From IMG/VR virus record IMGVR_UViG_2585427789_000028, positions 1 through 15,233 of that record: a stretch of 15,233 bases of DNA; one strand, 5' to 3'. The DNA comes from a virus. Taxonomy: Duplodnaviria; Heunggongvirae; Uroviricota; Caudoviricetes. A program made the position numbers and the translations under genes. Under the pieces are notes generated by a model, which saw only the letters and a program-made list of their open reading frames with translations, was not told where the DNA came from and did no database searches. This document shows, piece by piece, positions 13,983 to 15,233 of this stretch (its first letter is position 1; each line of letters opens with the position of its first letter).

Positions 13983-15233
13983 TTATTCCCCCGCCATCCA
14001 CTTCTCAAACTTCGACGGGGAGAACGGAATCAGATCCGTATGCTCCCCGTTAATCCAAGAATCAATCATATCGGCCCACTGCTGCAACATGTAGGCGCGC
14101 TGTCTGGCGTATTCCGCTTTGTTATATACGGCGCGCACACCTTTCTGCTCATGTGCCAGAGCCTTTTCAATCCAGTCTGAAGGATAACCAGCCTCATGCA
14201 ACAACGTACTGGCTGTACGGCGCATATCGTGTACGGTGAAGTCCTGAATATGCTCACCATCTTCATTTATTATTTTCACCGTTCTGTCGATCAGAGAGTT
14301 CAGCGCGGCATTAGATAATGGCTTCCGGAAATTGTAACGACCAGGAACCAGATATTCACTTCCACCAGCGCACATCTGCAACCCGACCAATATATCCTGA
14401 ACCTGTTTAGGCAGGTAAATAACATGCGCCCGGCTTCCCTTCATGCGGTCTGAAGGAATTGTCCATGTCCATTTTTTAAAATCTATTTCATCCCACGTTG
14501 CATTGGTGAATTCGCCCTTACGAACCATAGTGATAAGCACCAGTTTTAAAGCCATTTTCATAGTGCCCATAGCACCAATGGCATCCAACGTGCGGAAGAA
14601 CAGGCCAATTTCTTCTGGTGTCAGTGTTCGCTCTCGTGGTTTAAATATGGCGATAGACGAAGGTTTAATGTCAGCCGCAGGATTAAACAAACCATGACCA
14701 CGGTCATTGGCGTGACGGTATACGCTGCTGATGATCTCCCTGGCCTGTACTGCTGTTGCCCGACCACCGCGTTCGACAATCCGGTCACACAAATCACGAA
14801 CCATCGATGTGGTAATTTCAGCCATCATTTTGTTGCCAAGAACCGGAAGTATGTCACGGTCGATCACCGCCTGCTTCATTGCGCGGGTACTGTCAGCCAG
14901 GATGACGTGTTTCATATAACTGTCGGTATGTACCGCAAACGTCTCGGCACCACGAATTTTTTTGATACCGTCACGTTTAGCCGCAGCCGGCGACTGGCCT
15001 GCTTTAAGCAGCTTCTTTGCAGCAATCAGTTCTTCTCGCGCTTCTGCCAGGCTGATACCGTCACGCCCATACTGCCCGATTACCAGTGTTTCGCGGCGAC
15101 CGTTGATACGGTAGTCATAGCGAAACGAGACCGTGCCTGACGTAAGCACAGCTACATACAGCCCGTCACGATCGGAGACCTTGTACAGTTTGTCCTGCGG
15201 CTTGAGGTTTTTTAATTTTGTATCGGTAAGCAC
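13983..15233 (-). CDS. Tyrosine integrase, P4-like family (partial: N-terminus at or beyond the window edge)
   Basis: 416-aa ORF reaching the window end. N-terminal arm-binding-like sequence LTDTKLKNLKPQDKLYKVSDRDGLYVAVL; C-terminal catalytic region with HDMRRT...LAHE...Y typical of tyrosine recombinases. Confidence 0.9.
   Translation of the reverse strand: MLTDTKLKNLKPQDKLYKVSDRDGLYVAVLTSGTVSFRYDYRINGRRETLVIGQYGRDGISLAEAREELIAAKKLLKAGQSPAAAKRDGIKKIRGAETFAVHTDSYMKHVILADSTRAMKQAVIDRDILPVLGNKMMAEITTSMVRDLCDRIVERGGRATAVQAREIISSVYRHANDRGHGLFNPAADIKPSSIAIFKPRERTLTPEEIGLFFRTLDAIGAMGTMKMALKLVLITMVRKGEFTNATWDEIDFKKWTWTIPSDRMKGSRAHVIYLPKQVQDILVGLQMCAGGSEYLVPGRYNFRKPLSNAALNSLIDRTVKIINEDGEHIQDFTVHDMRRTASTLLHEAGYPSDWIEKALAHEQKGVRAVYNKAEYARQRAYMLQQWADMIDSWINGEHTDLIPFSPSKFEKWMAGE

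Larger units (their letters stand above)
1290..15233. mobile_element. Degenerate, mosaic lambdoid prophage (integrase, early/recombination, immunity, replication, tailspike plus acetyltransferase cargo, lysis); left boundary uncertain, right boundary beyond the window
   Basis: Gene content and order as described. No head, tail-shaft or terminase genes, an apparently truncated P-like gene and a misplaced tailspike indicate deletion or recombination. Confidence 0.8.

Noticed and set aside
14066-15140. ORFs within or antisense to the integrase (14066..14266 -, 14443..14697 +, 14694..15140 +, 14731..14919 +)
   Set aside because: The integrase frame is long with characteristic tyrosine-recombinase features; the others are frame artefacts.
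15231-15233. GTG at the window edge as the true integrase start codon
   Set aside because: The ORF simply runs off the window and the real start with its SD probably lies beyond 15233. Gene reported as partial.

Overview
The window reads as a mosaic, apparently degenerate lambdoid prophage with a P4-type tyrosine integrase at the right edge (13983..15233, minus strand, running to the window edge). All calls rest on reading the supplied ORF translations and the raw sequence by eye; no searches or computations were run. From right to left: a plus-strand early operon (two small ORFs, a PD-(D/E)XK exonuclease, a Red-beta/RecT-type annealing protein, an AlpA-like regulator, and a translationally coupled chain ending in an MT-A70-type adenine methyltransferase); an immunity region with a tandem-HTH repressor (9550..10134) divergent from a Cro-like gene and flanked by repeated TTACC-N4/5-GGTAA palindromes; an O-like replication initiator carrying internal iterons; and a lambda P-like gene that appears C-terminally truncated. 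The P-like gene abuts a 1024-aa tailspike (4351..7425) sitting where nin/Q would normally be. Convergent with the tailspike is an AT-rich hexapeptide-repeat acetyltransferase (3268..4179) whose 3' end carries about 30 copies of the octanucleotide GCACAGCA; this is the most interesting feature and resembles a prophage-borne contingency locus of the NeuO type. Further left is a lysis cassette (two membrane proteins, GH19-type endolysin, Rz with embedded Rz1) and two plus-strand secreted/lipoprotein genes that may be morons or flanking host genes. No head, tail-shaft or terminase genes, tRNA genes or CRISPR arrays were seen.
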